Shown here piece by piece: positions 10,511 through 19,440 of a DNA stretch of 64,000 nt (within the stretch, counting starts at the first letter, position 1; each line of letters begins with the position of its first letter). Made by a program: the position numbers and the translations under genes. The notes beneath the pieces are model-generated. The model was given only the letters and a program-made list of their open reading frames with translations, made no database searches and was not told the DNA's origin. This DNA comes from Patescibacteria group bacterium (lineage in GTDB: Bacteria; Patescibacteriota; Microgenomatia; UBA1400; PJMF01): NCBI GenBank assembly GCA_049322575.1, contig JBMORQ010000003.1, positions 17,719-81,718 of the forward strand, given 5' to 3'.

Positions 10511-12076
10511 ATGTCTAAAAAGAAAATCAGCTTCGACACTGACAAAGTACCTATTTTTTCGTCGATAGCAATTGTTTTGGTGGTAGTTTTCTATTTGATC
10601 ATTCACCTAGCCAAATTAACCAACTTGCCAGTCTTTGCTGATGAGGCAATTTATATCCGCTGGACACAGCTAATCATGGATGACCCTGGTCGCTATTTAT
10701 TCTTCCCAATGAACGATGGTAAACCACCGCTTCACATGTGGCTAATGTTACCTTTCCAATACTTGTTTAACGATCAGCTTTACGCAGGTCGTTTTCTGTC
10801 AGTCTTAGTTGGCTTAGTGCAAATATTTGTACTGGCTGCCTTGGTCAGGTCCCTAGGAGGCAGGAAAAAAGCAACCTACCTGTCGATGATTTTTGGCTCT
10901 ATCGTACCTTTCTGGTATCTTCACCACAGAATGGCACTAATCGACGCCCTGATGACCTTGTTCTTAAGCCTCTGTCTACTCTTCCTGATAAAATTAAGCC
11001 AAAAAATAACCACCATACACGCGATTTTTGCTGGTTTGTTTTTTGGATTGGCTTTACTTTCAAAATTGCCCGCAATTTTATTTGTTTTTGCTTTTTCGAT
11101 TCTGGCGATACTGCTAAAGAAAAGAACAGAGTTGCCGCGTTATCTCTTTTTTACTGCGTTTAGTTTACTTTTTGGTCTAGTAGTTTTTGCATCTCTGAAA
11201 ATTCATCCTGCTTTTGGTCAGCTTTTTGCGAGGGGCGGGGATTTTCTATATCCTCTAAATGATTTTTTTACTGGTAAAACAATCCTTAGCTCTTTTGGCA
11301 ATCTACTAAGGTTTTCCGATTACATCTTGAGTTACCAGACTTGGCCTTTAGTTGTTTTTAGCTTTATTGGACTTTTTCAGCCCAAAACTCAAAAACAACA
11401 GTTCGTTCTCTGGCTATTAACACTAAGTTTTTTGGCTCCAATCGTCCTTTTGGGAAAAGTTGTTTATCCGCGTTATTTGCTACCGGTGGCAATTTTTATT
11501 ACCACTTCCGCTGTGATTGCCTTACAGGGCGTCTCCGAGACCGTCGCAAATCTATCTTCGATGCCAAAAAAAGCGGCTCTGAGTTTGCTAACCGTTTTCC
11601 TTATCTCAATAACAACTCAGCAGTCTGTTAATTTTATATATAACTCGATTAATGATTATGAGAAAATCCCTTTCAATATAGCTGATAAATCCCAGTATCT
11701 TTACGAATGGTCTGCGGGCTATGGCATCAAAGAAGTAACCTCATTTATTCAAGAAGCAGCTAGCAACCAGCGGGTTAGTATGGCCACTGAGGGTTATTTT
11801 GGAACGCTACCTGACGGCATTCTTATGTACTTGCATGCCAGAGACGTTTCCAATATTTTCGTGGAAGGAATCGGCCAACCAGTTATGCAGATTCCCGATA
11901 GTTTCGTAAAACAAGCAGCTGGATCAGATAGGGTCTTGCTCTTGGTCAACTCTCATCGACTAAAAATGTCTATGGATCAGTCAACTCTCTTGCGCGAATA
12001 TTGCAGACCTGCTAACCCTAATAGCTCTGATGGTCCCCAGTGTCTACAGCTTTGGGATATTACTCAAAAAATTTAA
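10511..12076 (+). CDS. GT-C membrane glycosyltransferase (PMT_2/ArnT-like)
   Basis: 'FADEAIYIRWTQLIMDDPGRYLFFPMNDGKPPLHMWLM' matches the conserved first lumenal loop of the ArnT/PMT_2 family; multiple TM helices; 521 aa. Confidence 0.7.
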   Translation: MSKKKISFDTDKVPIFSSIAIVLVVVFYLIIHLAKLTNLPVFADEAIYIRWTQLIMDDPGRYLFFPMNDGKPPLHMWLMLPFQYLFNDQLYAGRFLSVLVGLVQIFVLAALVRSLGGRKKATYLSMIFGSIVPFWYLHHRMALIDALMTLFLSLCLLFLIKLSQKITTIHAIFAGLFFGLALLSKLPAILFVFAFSILAILLKKRTELPRYLFFTAFSLLFGLVVFASLKIHPAFGQLFARGGDFLYPLNDFFTGKTILSSFGNLLRFSDYILSYQTWPLVVFSFIGLFQPKTQKQQFVLWLLTLSFLAPIVLLGKVVYPRYLLPVAIFITTSAVIALQGVSETVANLSSMPKKAALSLLTVFLISITTQQSVNFIYNSINDYEKIPFNIADKSQYLYEWSAGYGIKEVTSFIQEAASNQRVSMATEGYFGTLPDGILMYLHARDVSNIFVEGIGQPVMQIPDSFVKQAAGSDRVLLLVNSHRLKMSMDQSTLLREYCRPANPNSSDGPQCLQLWDITQKI

Positions 12077-12110
12077 TGTTTTTTTAATTTTCATCAGTTA
12101 TCTTAACTGT

Positions 12111-12764
12111 ATGCAATGGAATGAAAACCAAGTAATCTCATACAATCATTTACCATTACTCAAACATGCTCTAGCAACCCCACTTACAAGCATCCTGATC
12201 AACGCTGAGCAAGCCCTGGAAAGAACAAAACCCTCGGAGAAACAATTTCAACCCTTAAATGCCATTTATCACCAAACTCGACATGCTGTATCTATTCTCA
12301 AGATGGCTGATCACACCAGTCCATCTTTTACTAAATTCTCTTTAGAACATCTTCTAGGAGACTTAAAAATGATGTTTCCTCCAACTACAAACCGACAGCT
12401 TTTAGTTTTTTACCAGGTTAGTCATCAGGTCTTGATCGTCGGACCAAAAACTCATTTTCTAGAAGCATTAATTTGTTTGATTAACAACGCCTTTGAATCG
12501 TATCATCAAGAAAAAAACCAACTAGTCATGGTTAGTGCTATTAAAAAACAATTGTTTTTGGAAATTAAGATTGTTGACGCTGGCAGAGGTATAAATAAAA
12601 GCCTCAGGTCTCAACCAAGACTCAAATCTACTAAAGAAAATCACCTGGGAATTGGTTTGGCTTATGTTAAACACATCCTAACTTGGTACTTCCATGCTGA
12701 GCTTAAGATTGATACCAGGAAGAGGCTCGGCACAACCATTACAATTAACCTTCCTCTAAATTGA
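12111..12764 (+). CDS. Sensor histidine kinase core (HisKA plus HATPase_c) with no TM or sensor domain
   Basis: H-box 'LKHALATPLTSI', an N-box-like 'LINNAFESY', and a G-box region 'IVDAGRGI'. ATG at 12111 lies after the stop of the upstream gene. Confidence 0.6.
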   Translation: MQWNENQVISYNHLPLLKHALATPLTSILINAEQALERTKPSEKQFQPLNAIYHQTRHAVSILKMADHTSPSFTKFSLEHLLGDLKMMFPPTTNRQLLVFYQVSHQVLIVGPKTHFLEALICLINNAFESYHQEKNQLVMVSAIKKQLFLEIKIVDAGRGINKSLRSQPRLKSTKENHLGIGLAYVKHILTWYFHAELKIDTRKRLGTTITINLPLN

Positions 12765-12890
12765 ACAATGTAGCTCAAGTCATTTTCGACCATTCCCAAG
12801 CACCAAACATCAGCCTGCTGAGCTCCACAAAAAATTACTCGCATCAGATTCCACTGCCGGATTTAGCCAGAATGACTTGCTTTGTCAAGC

Positions 12891-13661
12891 TTAACCAGCA
12901 AGCTCAACATCAAAAAAGCGATTTGATTGCCCCTGCTGAGTATAAGCACCATTGACTGAAGTCTGTTTTAAGTTTTGAGGTTCAGCCAAATAATAACCAT
13001 AGCCTCTGCTTGTCTGGATATACTTGCCAAAATTACCTAGACTCATACGAAGACGCCTAATATACACATCTATTGTTGAGCTAGTTGGTTGATCCTCCGT
13101 ACCAGGCCAGAGAGTTTGAACAATTTTTTCCCTGGACAAAATACTGTTGCGATTTTGCAATAAAAGCCTCAACAGTTGTGTCTCGGTGTATGATAGACGC
13201 AATTTACCCTGAGGTGTTTGTAAAACGCCGATCCGGTAGTAAAGGCTAAAATCACCAAAAGTAATTACTGGAACTAATTGTTTCTTTTTGCTTAGTAAAG
13301 ATTGAAGTCTGAGGGCAAATTCTTTAAGTGAGAACGGTTTGGCTAAATATTCATCAGCACCTAACGACAAACCCATGATCCGATCAAGCAAATGAGATCT
13401 CTGAGTTAAAATAAAAATCATGGTCTCAGGGAAGGTATGATTGATGTGACTGACCAGTTCCAAGCCGTCAGATTCACCAAGTTGACGATCTACAATAACC
13501 AAGTCAAAAGTTGATTCTTTTATGATATCAAATGCTCTCTCAAGACAATAGGCCTGGGCAACAAAATAATTTTTGCTAGTTAGATAGTTCCTCAGAGTGT
13601 TAGAAAGAACCAGGTCATCCTCAACTAGTAAGATTTTTCTGCTGTACAAAATCTTTGTCAT
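12891..13661 (-). CDS. OmpR-family response regulator (receiver plus winged-helix)
   Basis: 'KILLVEDDLVLSNTL', 'DLVIVDRQLGESDG', and a C-terminal 'VYIRRLRMSLG...YGY' trans_reg_C block. Start taken at MTKILYS (13661); the ORF-track start at 13763 is an extension. Confidence 0.8.
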   Translation of the reverse strand: MTKILYSRKILLVEDDLVLSNTLRNYLTSKNYFVAQAYCLERAFDIIKESTFDLVIVDRQLGESDGLELVSHINHTFPETMIFILTQRSHLLDRIMGLSLGADEYLAKPFSLKEFALRLQSLLSKKKQLVPVITFGDFSLYYRIGVLQTPQGKLRLSYTETQLLRLLLQNRNSILSREKIVQTLWPGTEDQPTSSTIDVYIRRLRMSLGNFGKYIQTSRGYGYYLAEPQNLKQTSVNGAYTQQGQSNRFFDVELAG

Positions 13662-13851
13662 GACTGTCAATCTGATGTAAAATTTGATATACTTGCGGCC
13701 GCTTATAATCGCGGCTGGGTCGGCTTTGCCGATGGACTTACCACGATAGGGCATTCTGCTCACACTTGCTTGCAGAGAAGATCATAGATCAGCAATCTTA
13801 AAATAACATTAAATTTTCGTAGTCAAATCAAACTCGAGAATTTGCCACGAC

Positions 13852-13922
13852 TCCCGGATAGTGAAATGGCATCACAACAGGTTCTGACCCTGTTATTCTA
13901 GGTTCGAATCCTGGTCCGGGAT
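13852..13922 (+). tRNA. tRNA-Gln (anticodon CUG); no CCA is encoded
   Basis: Hand-folded cloverleaf: acceptor TCCCGGA/TCCGGGA, D-stem GTGA/TCAC, anticodon stem ACAGG/CCTGT with loop TTCTGAC, T-arm CTAGG-TTCGAAT-CCTGG. Confidence 0.65.
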
Positions 13923-14062
13923 CAAAAGTTGGCGTCAGGTAAGTTGAATTGCTACTTCATCACCTAGCTTGTTTAATTGGTTAGATTGACTTCCATTAAA
14001 ATGCATTCCATTTCCAAAAAAATCCCCCTCAACAAATCACGGCATTTTCGTATAATGATCGC

Positions 14063-14932
14063 ATGAGCGATGATAAATTTTCAGCAGTATGGGTTTCGCA
14101 TACTTCAATCAGTGACTTTCTTAAGTGTCCACGAGCCTACTACCTCAAAAACGTTTACAAAGATCCAAAAACAAAACACAAAGTTCAATTAATGAGTCCT
14201 TCTTTAGCTCTAGGACAAGTTGTACACGAAGTCTTGGAAAATCTATCCAATTTGCCGACTCAGGATCGATTCAAACAATCATTAGTCGAAAAGTTTGACA
14301 TAAGTTGGAAAAAGATCTCGGGACGACGTGGTGGATTTAGTAATGAATCTCAAGAACAGTCATTTAAAAAACGTGGTGAGGAAATGATGAGGAAAATCAT
14401 TAACGACCCAGGCCCATTGGCTAGGTTGGCGGTTAAAATCACAGAAGACCTGCCGCATTATTGGTTATCCCAAGAACAAAATATCATTTTATGTGGCAAA
14501 ATTGATTGGCTGGAGTATTTGCCCAAAACTGATTCGGTGCGGATAATCGATTTTAAAACTTCCAAAACCGAGGAAAATGATGGTTCCTTACAACTACCAA
14601 TCTACAATCTGCTAGTCAATAACACCCAGAAGAGAAGGGTTGATGGGCTGGCCTACTGGTATCTGGATCTTAACGTCGGCATGGTAGATAAACAACTTCC
14701 CACGCTCGAAGAATCTCAGGAAAAAGTTCTAACTATAGCTAAGCAGATCAAGCTAGCCCGCCAGCTGAACCGTTTCCGTTGCCCACAGGGAGAAGCCGGT
14801 TGTTATGCTTGCCGCCCTTTTGAAAAAATTATCAAAGGTGAAGCCGAGTTTGTAGGTAATAACCAATACAACCAAGACATCTACATCTTGAGAAACCAAG
14901 ACAATCCAACTAACGACAGTGTTCTGCTGTAA
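14063..14932 (+). CDS. PD-(D/E)XK nuclease superfamily protein, Cas4/RecB-like, with a Cys4 (Fe-S) signature
   Basis: N-terminal Cys 'FLKCPRAYYLKN', 'IIDFKTSK' (the ExK block) and C-terminal 'CPQGEAGCYACRPF' (C-x6-C-x2-C), as in Cas4/AddB nuclease domains. No cas genes or CRISPR array lie nearby. Confidence 0.6.
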   Translation: MSDDKFSAVWVSHTSISDFLKCPRAYYLKNVYKDPKTKHKVQLMSPSLALGQVVHEVLENLSNLPTQDRFKQSLVEKFDISWKKISGRRGGFSNESQEQSFKKRGEEMMRKIINDPGPLARLAVKITEDLPHYWLSQEQNIILCGKIDWLEYLPKTDSVRIIDFKTSKTEENDGSLQLPIYNLLVNNTQKRRVDGLAYWYLDLNVGMVDKQLPTLEESQEKVLTIAKQIKLARQLNRFRCPQGEAGCYACRPFEKIIKGEAEFVGNNQYNQDIYILRNQDNPTNDSVLL

Positions 14933-14944
14933 TCTTGTAAATAA

Positions 14945-15946
14945 CTATATCTCCAGCATGTAATAGATTCCAACGCTTTCCGATGGTACTTTGCTGCTTA
15001 GATTCCTCAACCATTGAGGTGAAGTTGATTGCAAAATCGACTCAAACAAGCTCAGAGTCGAGTATTCAGCGATGCTGGGATTATCTAAGTCTGCCATTTG
15101 CTGGATCATCTCTAAAGCCTGATCTTGATTGGCAAAACCGTCGATTAGACCATTTTGCTCGGCCTGTTTGCCTGTGTAAACCCGCCCATCAGCTAAGGCA
15201 CGAACCTTACTCTCATCCATTCTCCGACCAACGGCCACAGCTTTTACAAACTGCTCATAGGAATCACTAATTATGCCTTGAAATATCTTGCGTTCGTCTT
15301 CATTCATCTCACGGAAAGGTGATCCGATGTCCTTGTAATCTGATGATTTAAAAACTCTCATCTCAACCCCAACCTTCTTCATAAGTTCGGAATACTGAGG
15401 TAATTGAGCAATTACGCCAATCGAACCGGTTAAGGTAGCGGGATTTGCGACTATCTTGTCAGCTGGAGCCGAGATATAGTAACCACCCGATGCAGCCACA
15501 TCACTAAACCTGGCTATGACTACTTTTTTTGCTGCTAACTCGGCTACCTGTTGATAAATATCATCGGAAGCAACGACTCCACCACCGGGGCTATTAACAT
15601 TGAGCAAAACCCCTTTGACATTATCATCTTCCTCCAGTTGTTTGAGTAATGCGATTACTCGACTTGCGTCAATGCCTGTGCTGGCCATGAGACCTCCATT
15701 TGAATCCGGATAGGCGATTACTCCGGTGAGATTGACAACGGCTACAGTTTGGTCAAGACTTCCAGATTTAATAGGTTTGCTCGGAAAACTCATCGGGCCT
15801 GAGGTATTGGCTGGTAAAACTGCTAGTAAAAGTGCGACGTATAAAGCAAAAACTACTACGAATGAACCAACTATTGCGGTCAAGCCTTTCCATAAAAACT
15901 TAATCACCCCCGCCAAAGAACGCATAATTTCAGTAAATTTTTGCAT
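14945..15946 (-). CDS. sppA: Signal peptide peptidase SppA (36K type)
   Basis: 'VVIARFSDVAASGGYYISAPADKIVANPATLTGSIGVI' S49 catalytic Ser/Lys region, plus an N-terminal TM helix. Confidence 0.85.
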   Translation of the reverse strand: MQKFTEIMRSLAGVIKFLWKGLTAIVGSFVVVFALYVALLLAVLPANTSGPMSFPSKPIKSGSLDQTVAVVNLTGVIAYPDSNGGLMASTGIDASRVIALLKQLEEDDNVKGVLLNVNSPGGGVVASDDIYQQVAELAAKKVVIARFSDVAASGGYYISAPADKIVANPATLTGSIGVIAQLPQYSELMKKVGVEMRVFKSSDYKDIGSPFREMNEDERKIFQGIISDSYEQFVKAVAVGRRMDESKVRALADGRVYTGKQAEQNGLIDGFANQDQALEMIQQMADLDNPSIAEYSTLSLFESILQSTSPQWLRNLSSKVPSESVGIYYMLEI

Positions 15947-15983
15947 AAAACCTTGTCACCTAGTAACCTTTATACCACTTAAA

Positions 15984-17414
15984 TTAATTAGCAAAAGTTA
16001 AAAGTTCTGGCTTGAATAGCATAGCCAAACCAATCAGTAACATCAAGATGCCCCCAATTAAATGAGAATAGCGGGCATATTTGGTATCAACCCCTATTGA
16101 TTTTAATGTCACCATGGCTATAAGGAAAACCACCAAATCATCCAACATAAAAACCACGATATAAAAAATCATATATAAATAGTACTGCCAGGTTGGTAAG
16201 TTATTGATAGTTAGAAGTTGGGTAAAAACAGCCGGCAATCCTGCCGAGCACACCAGCTCAACAGCGTTAACCGCTACAGCCAAGACAGCAATTCCAGCCA
16301 TCGAGATCAACAGCGACTGCCGATGAGCAATTTCTCTTAGTTTCTCAAAGACCTGTCGTTTCTTACCACCGACATCAACTTTGCACGCACCATCCTTGTT
16401 CTTGTAGAAATCCCACAAGTAATAGCCGGCTGCGGCTAAGGCCGTGATGCCAATCACCACTCTAATCCAGGTAACATATCCCACAAATAAAAATAAATTT
16501 AGCCAAGCTGTGAGGAACAAGAAATAGATAAAACCTGATATAAAAATAAACGTACTACCAAGTAGCAACATGCGCTTACGGTCTCCCATACCTAATAGCA
16601 GTGATATTAGAAAGATTAAAGTCCACATGGCACAAGGATTGAAACCATCTAGAAAAGCTAGTACGAAGGTTACAATTGGCAAGGACATTTGTGATAAATT
16701 CAGCTCACCAAAAATTGGCAACTTGGTCAAGTGAGATGATCCAGTACTAGAAGACGTTTTAGCTGAGTTTTGGCCTTCTACTCTGTTCTCCTCAGCAATT
16801 TCACTAATAACAGGCACTAGATTGTACTCGGTGATTGTTTCAGAAACCAAATCAACCGTGCTGTTGTCAGTTTGATCGATTACCAACGCCAAAATATCCC
16901 AACCCGTCGTCTCTGGATCAGAGAAGCCAACGATATATTGATCACCAATGACTGTAAATGGAACACCGCCTGACTTGGCACCAAGCTTTTCAGCCACTTT
17001 CTTGACCAGCTTACTATTGGATGGTTGTGAAACCTCGTAGTCCAGAATCCTTAAATCAGGCAGCTGTTTTTTTAGCATTTGTAAAAAAGCTTTTTCTTCG
17101 CGACAGTGTGGACATGTTTTTGAGGAAAAAAGATGAACAACAACTTGTTGTGTTTTTTCTGTGGAGTCAATGTCAGAAGCCGACCGGCTGGCCTGCCCAC
17201 TCACCGATAAATCTATGACTTGGGCATCCAACGAGGCTGTTCCCTGCACGGGGACCGAACCAGCATCGATAACTGCTGGAGTGCTTGCCCAAACATTTCT
17301 CGGCACAAACAGAACCGATGTAAGGATAAAGCAACAGATCCAAGCTAAAGAGATTCCGACCGTTAATTTAGCTTTGTGAGACTTTGTTGCAAAGGCCATA
17401 AATAATTCTTCCAT
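15984..17414 (-). CDS. Thioredoxin/glutaredoxin-like domain fused to a CcdA/DsbD-type transmembrane thiol:disulfide transporter domain
   Basis: 'FSSKTCPHCREEKAF' CxxC thioredoxin fold. The membrane domain has 'FLDGFNPCAMW' and later 'LVCSAGLP' cysteines, typical of the DsbD_2 family. Confidence 0.7.
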   Translation of the reverse strand: MEELFMAFATKSHKAKLTVGISLAWICCFILTSVLFVPRNVWASTPAVIDAGSVPVQGTASLDAQVIDLSVSGQASRSASDIDSTEKTQQVVVHLFSSKTCPHCREEKAFLQMLKKQLPDLRILDYEVSQPSNSKLVKKVAEKLGAKSGGVPFTVIGDQYIVGFSDPETTGWDILALVIDQTDNSTVDLVSETITEYNLVPVISEIAEENRVEGQNSAKTSSSTGSSHLTKLPIFGELNLSQMSLPIVTFVLAFLDGFNPCAMWTLIFLISLLLGMGDRKRMLLLGSTFIFISGFIYFLFLTAWLNLFLFVGYVTWIRVVIGITALAAAGYYLWDFYKNKDGACKVDVGGKKRQVFEKLREIAHRQSLLISMAGIAVLAVAVNAVELVCSAGLPAVFTQLLTINNLPTWQYYLYMIFYIVVFMLDDLVVFLIAMVTLKSIGVDTKYARYSHLIGGILMLLIGLAMLFKPELLTFAN

Positions 17415-17429
17415 GATCCAACCATTTCT

Positions 17430-18263
17430 TTAAAGTTTCTTTAGTATAACAAACCGACTTTTGCTGAAACTATCTTTTACCATAGTCAAGGCAAACGCCT
17501 CGATTCCCTTTATCTCCAATAAAATCTTTTCATTATGAAAGCAATCAACTTCAAGAATTGCCTCTCCGCCGGTAACTAAGTGAACTGCAAGCTGAGGGAT
17601 CAATTCTGAAATCAACTTTAATCCGTCTTCACCACCATCTAGGGCTAACCATGGCTCATAATCCTTAACAGAAGCATCGAGATGTCGAATCCTTCCAGAT
17701 GGAATGTATGGTAGGTTGGCAGTCACTAAATCAAAGGTTTCATCTGAAAAATCAGACATCAAATCGCTTTTTTCCAGTCTGATAAGCTTCTTGAGAGTCG
17801 GGAAGCGCTGGAGGTTGGCTGCTGCTACTCTCAGGGCATTTGAAGAAACATCACTTGCCACAAAACTCGCTTCAAGCTTTTTTTGCAAGCAAAAGTCAGC
17901 CATAGCCAAAACTATCGCTCCGCTACCTGTGCCGATGTCTGCAATTTTTAACGGCCTCTTCTGGGTTTGCCAATGCTTCATGATTATTTTTTGAGCCATC
18001 TCGGCCAATTCCTCAGTTTCTACTCTGGGAATTAGCACTTGGTTATTTACGACTAACTCTAGGCCCATAAAATCAACAAAGCCGGTGATATACTCAACTG
18101 GCATCTCTCCGTACTTATTGAGCTCAGTTGAAGTGAGACCATGCTTTGACAGATGACTCTTTTCGTATGCAGAAAAACTACGATTTTTTTTATTTTTGCT
18201 CATATAATTTGCGTCAAACAATTCAGTGTTTGAAATTCCAGGTTTTAACTGACAAAAAAACAC
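17430..18263 (-). CDS. prmC: Release-factor glutamine N5-methyltransferase (PrmC/HemK)
   Basis: 'IADIGTGSGAIVLAMA' SAM motif and 'VTANLPYIP' (NPPY-type motif). An alternative start at MSKNKK (18203) is possible. Confidence 0.75.
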   Translation of the reverse strand: MFFCQLKPGISNTELFDANYMSKNKKNRSFSAYEKSHLSKHGLTSTELNKYGEMPVEYITGFVDFMGLELVVNNQVLIPRVETEELAEMAQKIIMKHWQTQKRPLKIADIGTGSGAIVLAMADFCLQKKLEASFVASDVSSNALRVAAANLQRFPTLKKLIRLEKSDLMSDFSDETFDLVTANLPYIPSGRIRHLDASVKDYEPWLALDGGEDGLKLISELIPQLAVHLVTGGEAILEVDCFHNEKILLEIKGIEAFALTMVKDSFSKSRFVILKKL

Positions 18264-18436
18264 TCAACAAAATCAGTTGGCTAAAGTGTAACAAAGCTTA
18301 ACAAAATAGAGCCTTGTTTTTTTGTTTAAGATGTATAAAGATAGGCACTATCTTATCAATTATTAAAGCATTGTGGTGAGGTATTTTTTAAGCGAATATT
18401 AAGAAAACTTATCACAAGCATAATTAAAAGCTAAAT

Positions 18437-19318
18437 ATGCCTAGAAAAGCATCCAAAACCAAATCAACAACTGCCAAACCATCCGTCGGGCAAGTTAGTG
18501 TTAAAACAGCCAGCAACCCGATCGTTGATTCTCAGACAAGTAGTGTCTCAACACAATATTCATTTGCTACATTGATAAACTTCATCAATACTAACTTTAC
18601 TATCATCTTCTTGATGGGCATCTTTTTCATCGTTGGTTTCTTGTTCGGCTCTCTATGGACCGAGAATCAAATGATGAAAAACGGTAGTATCAGTGGTAAT
18701 AACAACCAACCAACAAACAACGTAGCCCAAGCCCCAGTTGATAACGGCCCAACCGAAGAAACTCTTAAGAAAGTACCGAAAGTCTCAAAGGACGATCATG
18801 TGCTTGGAGCCAAGAACCCCAAGGTTACCTTGATTGAATACTCGGATTATGAGTGTCCATTCTGCAACCGTTTCCAACCAACAATGCACCAGATAATAGA
18901 AAAGTACCCCGATGATGTTGCCTGGGTATATCGTCATTATCCTCTGGCCTTCCATCCTAGCGCCCAAAAAAGTGCCGAAGCTGGAGAGTGTGTCGCCAAG
19001 TATGGTGGAAATGAGGCTTTCTGGCAGTTTTCAGATTTATTATTCGACCGAGTTGCCAACAACGTTCCGGATGCGCTGGCTATAGAAGTCCTACCAAAAC
19101 TAGCATCGGACATTGGTGTGAGCGCCGGCAAAGTTGAGAAATGCATTTCCAGCGGTGAGATGGCAGACAAAGTTAAAGACATGATGGAAAAAGGTCAAGC
19201 TGCCGGTATTTCAGGAACTCCAGGCACAATACTGGTTACTAAAGACGGCAAGTATGAACTAGTCCCAGGAGCTCTTCCATTTGAACAAGTTAGTGCTATG
19301 GTTGAGAAATATTTGTAA
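18437..19318 (+). CDS. DsbA-like thiol:disulfide oxidoreductase, membrane-anchored
   Basis: An N-terminal TM helix then a thioredoxin fold with '[12 protein letters not shown]' CxxC and a C-terminal 'GISGTPG' cis-Pro loop region. Confidence 0.75.
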   Translation: MPRKASKTKSTTAKPSVGQVSVKTASNPIVDSQTSSVSTQYSFATLINFINTNFTIIFLMGIFFIVGFLFGSLWTENQMMKNGSISGNNNQPTNNVAQAPVDNGPTEETLKKVPKVSKDDHVLGAKNPKVTLIEYSDYECPFCNRFQPTMHQIIEKYPDDVAWVYRHYPLAFHPSAQKSAEAGECVAKYGGNEAFWQFSDLLFDRVANNVPDALAIEVLPKLASDIGVSAGKVEKCISSGEMADKVKDMMEKGQAAGISGTPGTILVTKDGKYELVPGALPFEQVSAMVEKYL

Positions 19319-19327
19319 GCTTTAAGT

Positions 19328-19370
19328 GATTTGCTGCGCAATAGAGCGCAGCAAATCTGTCTTTGATATT
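19328..19370. terminator. Rho-independent terminator (12-bp stem GATTTGCTGCGC/GCGCAGCAAATC). It is possibly bidirectional, lying between the convergent dsbA-like and recJ genes.
   Basis: A perfect inverted repeat followed by a T-rich tract, immediately after the stop at 19318. Confidence 0.6.
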
Positions 19371-19440
19371 ACACTTGGAGTGGAATAATATTTTGTAATA
19401 GAAATATTATTTGGCAGGAACTCGATTACAAGGTAATTGC

